Positions 10,515 to 20,174 of a stretch of 56,793 nucleotides of DNA are shown here, piece by piece (position 1 is the first letter of the stretch; every line of letters begins with the position of its first letter). The notes under the pieces are model-generated. The model saw only the letters and a list, made by a program, of their open reading frames with translations. It made no database searches and was not told the DNA's origin. This DNA is from Bacilli bacterium (GTDB lineage: Bacteria; Bacillota_I; Bacilli_A; RF39; UBA660), in NCBI GenBank assembly GCA_029100965.1, contig JAQXQC010000055.1, forward strand, positions 1 through 56,793, written 5' to 3'. The position numbers and the translations under genes were made by a program.

Positions 10515-11273
10515 ATGTTTAATTTAACAGGAAGAGTTGCTGTAATTACTGGAGCATCTAGTGGACTTGGGAGACAGATGTCTATTGCTTTTGCTAAACA
10601 AGGAGCAGATGTTGTTGTAATGGCTAGAAGAGTTCAAAAGTTAGAAGAAGTAAGAAAGCAAATCGAAGAGATGGGTAGAAAGTGTTTAGCCATTGAGTGT
10701 GATGTTACTAATGTAGAAGATATAGATCATGCTGCTAGGCAAGTAGAGGATGTTTTTGGTAAGTGTGATATTTTGGTAAATTGTGCTGGTTCTGCTAAAA
10801 ATAATGGTGTATTAGATATGACTGATGAAGAATGGCAATTTACTATGGATACTGATTTAAGTAGTGTATTTTATGTTACTAGAGCATTTGGTAATTTAAT
10901 GAAGAAAAAGAATTATGGTCGTATTATTAATATTGCTTCAATGTATGGTATGGTTGGTAATATGGCTATGGGAACAATTGCTTATCATTCTTCTAAGGGA
11001 GGAGTAATTAACTTTACAAGAGCTGCTAGTGCTGAACTTGCTAAGTATAATATTACTTGTAATGCTATTTGTCCTGGATATTTTGATACAGAACTTACTC
11101 ATGATACTTTGATTACAGAAGAATTTACTAATTATATGAAAGCAACTGTACCAATTGGAAGATATGGACATGAAGGAGAACTTAATGCTGGAGCTATTTT
11201 CTTAGCTAGTGATGAAGCAAGTTATGTCACAGGAGCTATTTTACCAATTGATGGAGGATATACTGCTGTTTAA
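10515..11273 (+). CDS. Short-chain dehydrogenase/reductase (SDR) family oxidoreductase
   Basis: TGASSGLG cofactor motif, a YHSSK catalytic YxxxK motif, and about 250 aa. Confidence 0.85.
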   Translation: MFNLTGRVAVITGASSGLGRQMSIAFAKQGADVVVMARRVQKLEEVRKQIEEMGRKCLAIECDVTNVEDIDHAARQVEDVFGKCDILVNCAGSAKNNGVLDMTDEEWQFTMDTDLSSVFYVTRAFGNLMKKKNYGRIINIASMYGMVGNMAMGTIAYHSSKGGVINFTRAASAELAKYNITCNAICPGYFDTELTHDTLITEEFTNYMKATVPIGRYGHEGELNAGAIFLASDEASYVTGAILPIDGGYTAV

Positions 11274-11274
11274 A

Positions 11275-11321
11275 AATTAAAAAAAAACATAGTCTAGTAT
11301 AGAAGATTATGTTTTTTTTTG
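11275..11321 (+). terminator. Rho-independent terminator after the SDR gene
   Basis: An 8-bp stem (catagtct 11288-11295, agattatg 11304-11311, one G-U pair) is followed by a T9 run. An A-run lies upstream. Confidence 0.55.
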
Positions 11322-11362
11322 TTATAATTAACTTAGTTATTGTCTAGAAAGAGGGAAGTAGC

Positions 11363-12505
11363 ATGAAAAATATTTTTATTTTAGGCTCACGTGGTTATCA
11401 AGCAAAGTATGGTGGTTGGGAGACTTTTGTTACCAATTTAGTGGATCATTATCATGATAAAAATACAACTATTTATGTGGGAGAATTAACTGATAAAAAG
11501 GAAGAAGATAAAACATTAAGAAAGATAAATGATCATTTATTTATTTATTCTTTTTATGTTAATACGAGTGGTAGTGCTAAGATGTTTTTTTATACAATAA
11601 AGTCTTATTTAAGTACTTTAAATTATATTAAAAAAAATCAATTGTTTGATTCCTATGTTTATATTCTTGGATTGAAGTTAGGTCCTTTATTAGCGTTCCA
11701 TCAACATTTTAGAAAGAAATATCGAATTAAGATTTATGTTAATCCAGATGGTTTAGAGCATCTAAGAAGTAAATGGAATAGACTTATTCAGTGGTGTTTT
11801 TTATTATCAGAATGGTCGATGATTAGGCATGCTGACTTAGTAGTTTGTGATGGACTTGGAATTGAAAGATATATTCAAAAGAAATATAAAAAGGCAAAAA
11901 CTACTTATATTGCTTATGGGACTAATCTTTATGATTTTTCTAAGATTGATGAGGAGAAGATATTAAAAGAGTATCATTTGAAGAAGGATGATTATCTTTT
12001 GATGGTAGGTAGATGTGTTCCTGAAAATAATTATGAATTAGTTATTAAAGATTTTATGAAGAGTAAGATAAAGAAAAAATTAGTCATTATTACAAATTTG
12101 AGTAGTAGTCATTATTATTTGGAATTAGTAGAGAAAACTTCTTTAGAGAAAGATAAGAGAATTATTTTTATTGATGGGGTATATGATCAAGTAAAGCTGG
12201 CTACGATTCGAAAGAATGCTTATTTATCTATTCATGGACATTCTGTTGGGGGAACTAATCCTAGTTTAATAGAAGCTTTGTCTTTAACTGATTTAAATTT
12301 ATTATATGATGTTTGTTTTAATCATGATATTGGGTTAGATACTGCTTTATATTTTAAAGAAGAAGGAAGTTTAAAAAAGTTATTAGATAATACTAAATTA
12401 TTAGATCAAAAAAGAGAAGAGCTTGGACCTAAAGCTAAGAAAAGAATACAAGAAAACTTTACTTGGGATAAGATTGTAGAAGAATATAAGGATATTATGA
12501 AATAG
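11363..12505 (+). CDS. GT4-family glycosyltransferase with a DUF1972-type N-terminus (rhamnosyltransferase-like, WchF/Cps2T type)
   Basis: The N-terminus ILGSRGYQAKYGGWETFV is characteristic of DUF1972. The C-terminus is GT1/GT4-like (GHSVGGTNPSLIEAL). Confidence 0.7.
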   Translation: MKNIFILGSRGYQAKYGGWETFVTNLVDHYHDKNTTIYVGELTDKKEEDKTLRKINDHLFIYSFYVNTSGSAKMFFYTIKSYLSTLNYIKKNQLFDSYVYILGLKLGPLLAFHQHFRKKYRIKIYVNPDGLEHLRSKWNRLIQWCFLLSEWSMIRHADLVVCDGLGIERYIQKKYKKAKTTYIAYGTNLYDFSKIDEEKILKEYHLKKDDYLLMVGRCVPENNYELVIKDFMKSKIKKKLVIITNLSSSHYYLELVEKTSLEKDKRIIFIDGVYDQVKLATIRKNAYLSIHGHSVGGTNPSLIEALSLTDLNLLYDVCFNHDIGLDTALYFKEEGSLKKLLDNTKLLDQKREELGPKAKKRIQENFTWDKIVEEYKDIMK

Positions 12506-12517
12506 AAGGGAATATTT

Positions 12518-14347
12518 ATGGAAGAAAAGAAGAAACAGAGTTTTTTACAAAGAAAAGTATTTTCTAGAATAGAAAAGTTTTTCTATTTGAGTAAGAAAGC
12601 CATTTATTTTGCTTGGTATCGTCATCATTTTATTATTCCTCCAAGAGTAATGAAACAGTATATTAAGTCTTTTATGATAGCTTTAAAAAGAGGGGGAGGA
12701 GTATCGAATTTATTTACTAATCAAAGTGCTTATTTAAAATATTTGGAAGAACAGAGAAAAGAAGAGGTGGTAGATGATTTTTCTTATCGTCCTTTAATTA
12801 GTTTTATTGTTCCTACTTATAATGTTTCTAGAGTTTTATTAACGGAGTGTTTAGATAGTTTATTAAATCAGAGTTATGATCATTTTGAGATTTGTATTAG
12901 TGATGATCATTCTACTCTAGAAGAGACTTTGGAAGTATTAAAAGAATATGAAGAGAAATATGATAAAGTTCATGTTGTTTATCGTAAAGAAAATGGAATG
13001 ATTAGTGAGGCTTCTAATACGGCTATTTCTATTGCTAGGGGAGAGTTTATTGCTTTAATTGATAATGATGATACGATAGAGAAGAGTAGTTTATCTTATG
13101 TGGTAGAGGCGTTAAATCAGAATAAAAAACTAGATATGATTTATAGTGATGAAGATAAGATTGATTTTAAGGGGAATTATATGGAACCTCATTTTAAGCC
13201 AGATTATTCTCCTGATACTTTAATGGGCGTTAATTATATTTGTCATTTATGTGTATTGAGAAAGAGTTTGGTTGATAAATTAGGAGGATTTCGCAGGGAA
13301 TATGATGGAAGTCAAGATTATGATTTGTTTCTTCGGGTAGTAGAATCTACTAAGGAGATTTATCATATTGAGAAAGTTTTGTATCATTGGCGTCAGACAG
13401 CTACTTCTACTGCTGGATATTTAGGGAATAAGAGTTATGCTTATCTTGCTGGTAAGAGGGCTTTAGAGGATAGTTTGAAGAGAAGAAAAATTAAGGGTGA
13501 AGTAATTGACAATCCTAGAGTAAGTACTTATTTGGTAAAGTATGAAACAAGGAGGCCTCTTATTAGTATTATTATTCCAATGAGGGATCAAGCTAAGGTA
13601 AGTAGAAGATGCTTTGAATCTTTATATGAAAAAAATACTTATTCAAATTTTGAAGTGATTGTTATTGATAATAGTAGTGAAGAGGAAGAAACAAAAAATT
13701 TATTTAAAGAATATAAGAAACATAAAAATTTTAAAGTAATTCGTGATAGTAAAGAATTTAATTATTCTGCTTTAAATAATGAAGGGGTAAAGATAGCTAA
13801 AGGAGAATATTTATTATTTTTAAATAATGATACAGAAATTATTCAAGAAGATACTTTAGAATGGTTAGTTGGCTATGCTAGTCAGGAACATATTGGTTGT
13901 GTTGGGGCAAAGTTATTATATCCTGATAAATTGGTACAACATGCTGGTGTTGTCTTAGGTTTTGGAGGAGTAGCTGGTCATATTTATGTTGCAAATAGTT
14001 ATCATGATAATGGCTTATTTGGAAGATTAGTTATGCCTTATAACTATACTGCTGTAACGGCAGCTTGTCTATGTATTAAGAAATCTAAGTTTAATGAAGT
14101 AAATGGTTTTGATGAAAAATTAAAAGTAGCTTTAAATGATGTTGATTTAAACTTAAAAGTATTAGAAAAAGGATATTACAATGTTTGTTTATCGAATGTT
14201 GAAGTTATGCATTATGAAAGTAAAAGTCGTGGTTATGAAGCTAGCTATGAGAAACAAGAGAGGTTTAAAAAAGAACAAGAATATATGAAGAAAAAATGGG
14301 GACATACTTTAGATAGAGATAAATATTTTAGTAAGCATAATTTTTAA
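12518..14347 (+). CDS. Two-domain GT2 glycosyltransferase
   Basis: Two GT-A modules are present (SFIVPTYN...DNDD and SIIIPMRD...NNDT). Confidence 0.8.
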   Translation: MEEKKKQSFLQRKVFSRIEKFFYLSKKAIYFAWYRHHFIIPPRVMKQYIKSFMIALKRGGGVSNLFTNQSAYLKYLEEQRKEEVVDDFSYRPLISFIVPTYNVSRVLLTECLDSLLNQSYDHFEICISDDHSTLEETLEVLKEYEEKYDKVHVVYRKENGMISEASNTAISIARGEFIALIDNDDTIEKSSLSYVVEALNQNKKLDMIYSDEDKIDFKGNYMEPHFKPDYSPDTLMGVNYICHLCVLRKSLVDKLGGFRREYDGSQDYDLFLRVVESTKEIYHIEKVLYHWRQTATSTAGYLGNKSYAYLAGKRALEDSLKRRKIKGEVIDNPRVSTYLVKYETRRPLISIIIPMRDQAKVSRRCFESLYEKNTYSNFEVIVIDNSSEEEETKNLFKEYKKHKNFKVIRDSKEFNYSALNNEGVKIAKGEYLLFLNNDTEIIQEDTLEWLVGYASQEHIGCVGAKLLYPDKLVQHAGVVLGFGGVAGHIYVANSYHDNGLFGRLVMPYNYTAVTAACLCIKKSKFNEVNGFDEKLKVALNDVDLNLKVLEKGYYNVCLSNVEVMHYESKSRGYEASYEKQERFKKEQEYMKKKWGHTLDRDKYFSKHNF

Positions 14348-14361
14348 AGAGGGAGAAAAAA

Positions 14362-14850
14362 ATGAAGATGCAGATTAGTGAGGATATTAGTGCGAAAAAT
14401 TTTTTGATGATAGCTTTTTTTTCTTTGTTTATGTTTTTTCTTGTCTTTGGTTGGTCAATTAATAATTTTGTTCAAACAAAAAATTATGTTAAGGTTAAAT
14501 CAATAATAATAGATGTAGATTGTACATGTGGTGAGTATTCAGAATGTACACACTATGCAAAATTAGAATATCAATATGATGGAAAGTCTTATTATACAGA
14601 ACAAACCTTATTTTTGGGTCCGGCTATTTTGGGGAGTAAAATTAGTATTTATGTTAATCCTGAAAATCCAGAAGAAGTTAGGGACAATTATAATACTAGA
14701 ATTATGATGGTTTTGAGTTTGTTTTATCTATTTATTTGTTGTGTGATATTTAAATGTTATTGGATAAAAAAACGTCAGGAAAATGATAGTAATTTTGATA
14801 ATAAAAGTGATTTAGGAGAAAAGATGTTAATTCGTTCTCCATTAAAATAG
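14362..14850 (+). CDS. Small membrane protein (DUF3592-like)
   Basis: The layout is TM, beta-rich segment, TM, with Y.YDGKSY and V.PENPEEV patterns. Confidence 0.45.
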   Translation: MKMQISEDISAKNFLMIAFFSLFMFFLVFGWSINNFVQTKNYVKVKSIIIDVDCTCGEYSECTHYAKLEYQYDGKSYYTEQTLFLGPAILGSKISIYVNPENPEEVRDNYNTRIMMVLSLFYLFICCVIFKCYWIKKRQENDSNFDNKSDLGEKMLIRSPLK

Positions 14851-14856
14851 GATTAG

Positions 14857-14886
14857 AAAAGGGACACTTTTTAGGTGTCTCTTTTA
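14857..14886. terminator. Bidirectional terminator between convergent genes
   Basis: An 8-bp stem (agggacac 14860-14867, gtgtctct 14875-14882) with flanking A and T runs. Confidence 0.5.
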
Positions 14887-15045
14887 GTGGCAGCAATTTG
14901 GTCCTGGGTTTCTATTGCAACCATTTCCCCAGAATAAAATAAAGAAAATGATTAAAACGATGATGATAATCCAAAACCAGTTGTTGCCACCGTATCCGTC
15001 GTAGCCATATCCTGCTGCCGGATAACCATAACCATATCCATACAT
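14884..15045 (-). CDS. Unannotated 53-aa Gly/Tyr-rich small membrane protein (YjcZ / tiny-TM sporulation-protein-like)
   Basis: My reverse-complement translation is MYGYGYGYPAAGYGYDGYGGNNWFWIIIIVLIIFFILFWGNGCNRNPGPNCCH*. An AGGTGA RBS lies 7 nt upstream of the ATG. The ORF is below the length cut-off of the ORF track. Confidence 0.55.
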   Translation of the reverse strand: MYGYGYGYPAAGYGYDGYGGNNWFWIIIIVLIIFFILFWGNGCNRNPGPNCCH

Positions 15046-15201
15046 ATGTATATCACCTACCTAGTAATAGTATATTAGAAATAGAAAAAAAGTAATATGG
15101 TGGATACCTAAATAATATAGAATAAATTTTTATCCTAAAGAAATTCAATAGATAATGGTTATTTCTTTATCAGTATTTTTTGTTAAAAAAGATGTTGAAG
15201 T

Positions 15202-15230
15202 TTGACATTAGATAGGGAAAATGCTATGAT
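15202..15230 (+). promoter_or_regulatory. Sigma-A-type promoter upstream of the ABC1/UbiB kinase gene
   Basis: TTGACA (15202-15207), a 17-nt spacer, and TATGAT (15225-15230). Confidence 0.5.
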
Positions 15231-15265
15231 TATGGTAAGTTTAATAGAGGATAAGAGGGAATGAT

Positions 15266-16810
15266 ATGAAGGAAAATAATGAGTTAAAGCGTTTAAATGA
15301 AATGAAGAATATTTTATTAAAATATGATTTAACTAGAGGAATTACGCCTGATAAAGTAGTTAATATTTTAGAAGAATTAGGGCCTACTTTTATTAAATTA
15401 GGACAAATATTATCGACGAGAATTGATTTAATTCCTAAAGAATATTGTGAGGCATTATCTAAACTTCGGGGGAATACAAAAAAATTAGAAAAAGAAGAAG
15501 TTATCGATATTTTAAAAGATAATTATGAGGATATGAATGAGGTTTTTTCTTCTATTGATGAATGTATTGGTTCGGCTTCTATTGCCCAGGTACATTTGGC
15601 TACGCTAACGAATGGGAAAAAAGTTGTGGTAAAGGTATGTCGTCCAAATGTTTATGAACAGATGGAATTAGATGTTCAGTTATCTAAGAAGGTTGTTCGT
15701 CTTTTACATTTGAATCATTTAATTAAGGCTGTTGATTTATCTTCTATGTTAGATGAAATGTTAGCCGTATCTAAAGAAGAGAGTAATCTTTTAATTGAAC
15801 TAGATCATTTGGTAAAATTTAGAGAGTTAAATTCTCAGGAAGAGGGGATTGATGTTCCTTTTGTTTATCAAGAGTTTTGTACGAAACAAGTACTTGTAAT
15901 GGAATATATTAAAGGAATTAAAATTAATGATGTTTCTAGGTTAAAAGAGAAGGGATATTCTTTAGAAGAGATTTCTTATCTTCTTAGTAATCATTATATG
16001 AAGCAAGCGTTAGTGGATGGTTTTTTTCATGCTGATCCTCATCCTGATAATTTAATTGTTAGGAAAGATAAAATTACTTATCTTGATCTTGGTATGGTTG
16101 GTGTTTTATCTAGTAATGATAGGGAATTGTTAAAAAGATGTATTCGTAGTATTGTAGATGAAGATTATTATGAGGTTTCTAAAATATTAGTCATGATGTC
16201 TAATGTGCGAAATACTTTAGATATGGAAAAGTTAGAAAGTGATGTTTCTTCTATCTTGATGGAATATTCTAATCAAGATTTAAGTCATATTGATACGGCT
16301 AAATTTGTATCGAGTATGTTTATGATGCTTCAGAAGAATCATCTTCAGCTTCATTCTTCTATTACTATGCTTATTCGAGGAATTTGTGTGATTGAGGCTA
16401 CGTTAGAAATATTAAATCCTAATCTTAATTTAGTAGAAGTTATTATGAATTATGTATTAAAAGAAGAGATGGTATTTGATTCTTCTAGAATAGCAGATGG
16501 GGCGAAAAAGATTGTTAAGAGTACAAAGAGTATGATTCAACTTCCTAGTGAGATTCATCAATTTTTGCAATCGTTTAATCGAGGAGAGGGAAAAGTTAAA
16601 CTAGAGATGTCAGCTTCTTCTCGTCAGGTGGATAAGTTAGAAAATTTGCTTCATGAATTTATTATTGGATTGTTGGATGCTAGTTTGATTTTAGCTTATA
16701 GTTTAGAGCGGGATTTATTGGTTCGTCGGGTATTATTTTATTTTATTGTGATTCTTTCTATTTGGTTATTTATTAAGATGTTGATTGATCATATTCATAA
16801 AGGGTATTAG
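15266..16810 (+). CDS. ABC1/UbiB-family atypical kinase
   Basis: ABC1 motifs are present (LGPTFIKLGQILSTRIDLIP, GSASIAQVH, FHADPHPDNL), with a C-terminal TM helix. Confidence 0.85.
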   Translation: MKENNELKRLNEMKNILLKYDLTRGITPDKVVNILEELGPTFIKLGQILSTRIDLIPKEYCEALSKLRGNTKKLEKEEVIDILKDNYEDMNEVFSSIDECIGSASIAQVHLATLTNGKKVVVKVCRPNVYEQMELDVQLSKKVVRLLHLNHLIKAVDLSSMLDEMLAVSKEESNLLIELDHLVKFRELNSQEEGIDVPFVYQEFCTKQVLVMEYIKGIKINDVSRLKEKGYSLEEISYLLSNHYMKQALVDGFFHADPHPDNLIVRKDKITYLDLGMVGVLSSNDRELLKRCIRSIVDEDYYEVSKILVMMSNVRNTLDMEKLESDVSSILMEYSNQDLSHIDTAKFVSSMFMMLQKNHLQLHSSITMLIRGICVIEATLEILNPNLNLVEVIMNYVLKEEMVFDSSRIADGAKKIVKSTKSMIQLPSEIHQFLQSFNRGEGKVKLEMSASSRQVDKLENLLHEFIIGLLDASLILAYSLERDLLVRRVLFYFIVILSIWLFIKMLIDHIHKGY

Positions 16811-17475
16811 GAATTGAAGTATTTTTCAATTCCTAAGGTGATATTTTTAATTAAGATATCTTGATAAGTGGTTTGTCTAATTTTATAATTATCGTTAGGA
16901 TTACTAACGAAACCAGCTTCTACTAAAACTCCAGGAACTTTTAATTTGGAGTACATGTAGTAGCTGTTTTCTTTTTTATATTCACGGATATTTTTCATGT
17001 TTTCTTGCATGGTAGTGGTGATGATTTCGGCTATCTTTTTATTTTCTTTTAAGATGTTGCTATAAAATATTTGGATTCCATTCCATTTTGTACTTGGGCT
17101 TGCGTTAAGGTGCATGGAAATATATAAATTGGCATTGGAATTATTTATGAGTTTAACTCTTGCATATAAATCATTTCTTTTTCTGTTATTGTTTGTTTTG
17201 GCTAGATCGTAGTCGCCGTTTCTGGTGTAGTATACTACTGCTCCTTTTTGAGAAAGGGCATTTCCCAGTTTTTGAGAGAGAAGGAGATTCATATCTTTTT
17301 CGTAAAAATTTTTGGAGATTGCTCCGGAGTCTGGTCCTCCATGTCCTGGATCGATATAGATTGTTTTTCCTAAAAGTGTATAGTCTTTTATGGTAGCATT
17401 TACTTTAGAGAAACAAAAAATACTGATAAAGAATAAGGCTATGATTAAAGTTTTATACTGTCTCATTGATTTCAC
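16807..17475 (-). CDS. cwlD: N-acetylmuramoyl-L-alanine amidase (Amidase_3), CwlD-like
   Basis: An N-terminal TM helix with IDPGHGGPDSGA, SMHLNA and LVEAGFVSNPND motifs. The size of about 220 aa is typical of CwlD. Confidence 0.6.
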   Translation of the reverse strand: MKSMRQYKTLIIALFFISIFCFSKVNATIKDYTLLGKTIYIDPGHGGPDSGAISKNFYEKDMNLLLSQKLGNALSQKGAVVYYTRNGDYDLAKTNNNRKRNDLYARVKLINNSNANLYISMHLNASPSTKWNGIQIFYSNILKENKKIAEIITTTMQENMKNIREYKKENSYYMYSKLKVPGVLVEAGFVSNPNDNYKIRQTTYQDILIKNITLGIEKYFNS

Positions 17476-17497
17476 CTATTTAAGTATATGATAGAAT

Positions 17498-17554
17498 TAA
17501 AAATAACTTTACTTTTATATAACATACGTTATTTTGTTATCTAAAAGTAAAGTT
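17498..17554 (-). terminator. Terminator for the minus-strand gene 17601-18218
   Basis: A perfect 13-bp stem (aactttactttta 17505-17517, taaaagtaaagtt 17542-17554), followed by a T-run on the minus strand. Confidence 0.6.
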
Positions 17555-17600
17555 TAATTCTAATTTTAGGAAACAAAATACTGAAATAAATTTTTAGTCA

Positions 17601-18218
17601 TTATTTTTTTATTCCTTTTTGTTTTTGATTATAAAATATTTTTTCACATAATTGTACCTCTTGAAGTTTTTGCTCCTTTGTTTTAAAAACATCTGTTATT
17701 GGATCATCGATAGGAGTAGCATCTTTATTTTTATAGTGTTCGTTGTAATTTTTGTTTAAAAATATTTTTCCATCATAAAACGCACCTACTATATATTCTG
17801 GTGGAAATCCCCATTTACCATCTTTTAGTGGTTCTAGTATTCCAATATTTCCAGTTATTACGTCATTAGGTAAAGATAAAATTATTGTAACATAACTTGG
17901 ATGATGATATGCAATAGCAGGACCAAAAAGAGTTTCTGGAGCTATTGTATTAGTGAGACTTTGTGATTCTTTAAAGTTAAAATCACAATTATTATATAAA
18001 CCAATTTCAAAAAAATTCTCAATTTTATTGTAATTAGTATTATGTAATCCAATTGTTTGATTATCTTTTAAATATAGATTTTTTAAAAATTCAAATTGTT
18101 CAGTTGTTAATTCAGTGCTATTGATTACTTCTTTTAAAAAATCTATATATTCATCTGGTAATTTTGTTTCTTTTTTTAATTGCTTTTTTAATTGTATTAA
18201 GTATTCTTTTAATTTCAT
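17601..18218 (-). CDS. Hypothetical protein
   Basis: A long ORF with its own terminator and no motif I recognise. Confidence 0.4.
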   Translation of the reverse strand: MKLKEYLIQLKKQLKKETKLPDEYIDFLKEVINSTELTTEQFEFLKNLYLKDNQTIGLHNTNYNKIENFFEIGLYNNCDFNFKESQSLTNTIAPETLFGPAIAYHHPSYVTIILSLPNDVITGNIGILEPLKDGKWGFPPEYIVGAFYDGKIFLNKNYNEHYKNKDATPIDDPITDVFKTKEQKLQEVQLCEKIFYNQKQKGIKK

Positions 18219-18393
18219 TATTTTTATCTCTCTTTCAAATATTTATATTTTTTATTATAACATAATTTTTTTTAAAGAGAATGATGTAATAATTTATTAT
18301 AGAAATTTTCTCTCATTAATTTACAATTAAAAGTATGCATGTTATAATTTATATTATATAGAAAATAGAATAGGGGATAAATAGAGGTGTTTT

Positions 18394-18756
18394 ATGGAAA
18401 AAGTTTATTTAAAATATGATGATATTCGTCCTTGTGTAGAGTGTGATTATGGATTTGCAAAAGAAATATTATATTTGGGATTTATGTATCCTTTTCGTAA
18501 AGGAGATATGAGATTTTTTGGTATTATGTTTTCTTTACAGCTGGCTGTTTGTATTTTAATTATTATTTTAGCACCAATTCCATTTTTCTTATTGTTGCCA
18601 TTATGTGCTTTGATGATATTTATTATTAATTTATTATTTGCTTGTAATTATAATTTACTTGTTATTGAGAGATTACTAAAGGAAGGGTATTATCCTATGG
18701 ATTATAATTCTTCTGATAAGTTAATTAAAAAAGGAATTTACTTTAAATTGCAGTAA
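18394..18756 (+). CDS. Hypothetical small membrane protein
   Basis: Two central TM helices and no recognised motif. Confidence 0.4.
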   Translation: MEKVYLKYDDIRPCVECDYGFAKEILYLGFMYPFRKGDMRFFGIMFSLQLAVCILIIILAPIPFFLLLPLCALMIFIINLLFACNYNLLVIERLLKEGYYPMDYNSSDKLIKKGIYFKLQ

Positions 18757-18764
18757 GTTCCTTT

Positions 18765-19166
18765 TTAAATATTTTTATTAAAAAAAGTAGTATCTATTAT
18801 ATTAAAATTATTTTTTAGGTATAGTTTATGGGCATATTTTCTATTTTTGTTGGAAGTTAGATTGATTTTGGTTGCTTTATTATTTTTGCAATATTTAATA
18901 ATTTCTTTTAGAAAATAGTCTCCATATCCTTGATGTTGTTCTTGGGGGGAAATACCAAAACTATTGATATAAGCAATTCTTTCATTTTCAAATATGTTAT
19001 TGATAAAATTGATTTGGCAGATGCCAATTAAGTTTTCGTTTTGATATAATCCTAGTAGGGGAGTTGTTATTTTTTTTGTATGTTCTTTTCTTTTTACTTG
19101 AAAGCAATCTTGATAAATTTGAAATGCTTTTTCTAAATCTTTTGCTTTTATTTCTTGAATATTCAT
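18765..19166 (-). CDS. GNAT-family N-acetyltransferase
   Basis: A Q/RxxGxG-type acetyl-CoA motif (QHQGYGDYFLKEII) in a protein of about 130 aa. Confidence 0.7.
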   Translation of the reverse strand: MNIQEIKAKDLEKAFQIYQDCFQVKRKEHTKKITTPLLGLYQNENLIGICQINFINNIFENERIAYINSFGISPQEQHQGYGDYFLKEIIKYCKNNKATKINLTSNKNRKYAHKLYLKNNFNIIDTTFFNKNI

Positions 19167-19170
19167 TTTT

Positions 19171-20160
19171 TTACTTCTTTCTTGTTCTTTTTTTAAAATA
19201 CTGATAAGTAACTTTCTCTTTGCATGGAAGTCCTGTTACATAAGATAAATCTTTAAATATTTTATTGAACTTATTTTTACTTATTTCTTTTTCTTCTAAT
19301 AAACCTGTTACTTCATTTATTGTGCTAGTTGCTTTATTTGCTGCTTCTTCAAATAAATCGAGGAAGGAAGTGGTAAAGTATTTGCTGTTATCCCAAGGGT
19401 AGCACCATTTTTGGTGTTCTAAATTTAAGTATTCTAATCCTATATCATTTGTGTGATATGATAATTCTTCTAATCTGGTTGTCCATTTGGGGGATAATTT
19501 ATCAATTGTTTTGTAAATTTTTTGTTTATATCCTAATGGGTCGTAATTGATTATTCTAAAAAATTGTTGCATGTACCAGATGGATTTTTCATATAGTTTG
19601 CTACTATTTTTGATGTGGTAAGTTTTTTCAATAGAAAAATTAATGGTATCTTTTAGTTCTTTGGATAATGATTTTGCTTTAAAAATATACTTGTGTGGTT
19701 TAAATGTTAAGGGATTTTGTTTTAATTTTTCTTGGATAAAGTAAGAATCAATTCGATATTCTATTTTTTGATGGAGAGTATTAGAGGGATAAGTACTTTT
19801 ATCTTTTTTGTCAAATAATCCTGCTTGATAGTTAATATAGGGATGAGTGGTTAGATCAAGGTAATAGTGACAAATATAGCCGTATAGATAAGATAAGACT
19901 TCTGGGTTATTTTCTAGATGATTTTTTTTGATGCAATCTATGATGTGATAAAAGAATTCTCTTGTATTTTGAGTATGCATTTGGTATTGGAGTTTTTTTC
20001 CTTTTTTTCCGATTAAGAAATGGTAAAACATAAAAGGGTCTGCTCCTTGAGAAAATAATTTGAAGTATTCTAAGTTATTTTTGATTTTTTGCTTGCTTTT
20101 ATTGTTTAAGTTTTGATATACACAGCAGGCAAAGTAGGTATGTGTTACTGAACTTGGCAT
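19171..20160 (-). CDS. Putative zinc-dependent phospholipase C-like family protein
   Basis: The N-terminal MPSSVTHTYFA pattern and several His-containing motifs (HYYLDLTTHPY) suggest this family. The call is by recollection only. Confidence 0.4.
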   Translation of the reverse strand: MPSSVTHTYFACCVYQNLNNKSKQKIKNNLEYFKLFSQGADPFMFYHFLIGKKGKKLQYQMHTQNTREFFYHIIDCIKKNHLENNPEVLSYLYGYICHYYLDLTTHPYINYQAGLFDKKDKSTYPSNTLHQKIEYRIDSYFIQEKLKQNPLTFKPHKYIFKAKSLSKELKDTINFSIEKTYHIKNSSKLYEKSIWYMQQFFRIINYDPLGYKQKIYKTIDKLSPKWTTRLEELSYHTNDIGLEYLNLEHQKWCYPWDNSKYFTTSFLDLFEEAANKATSTINEVTGLLEEKEISKNKFNKIFKDLSYVTGLPCKEKVTYQYFKKRTRKK

Positions 20161-20174
20161 GGTATCACTGCTTT

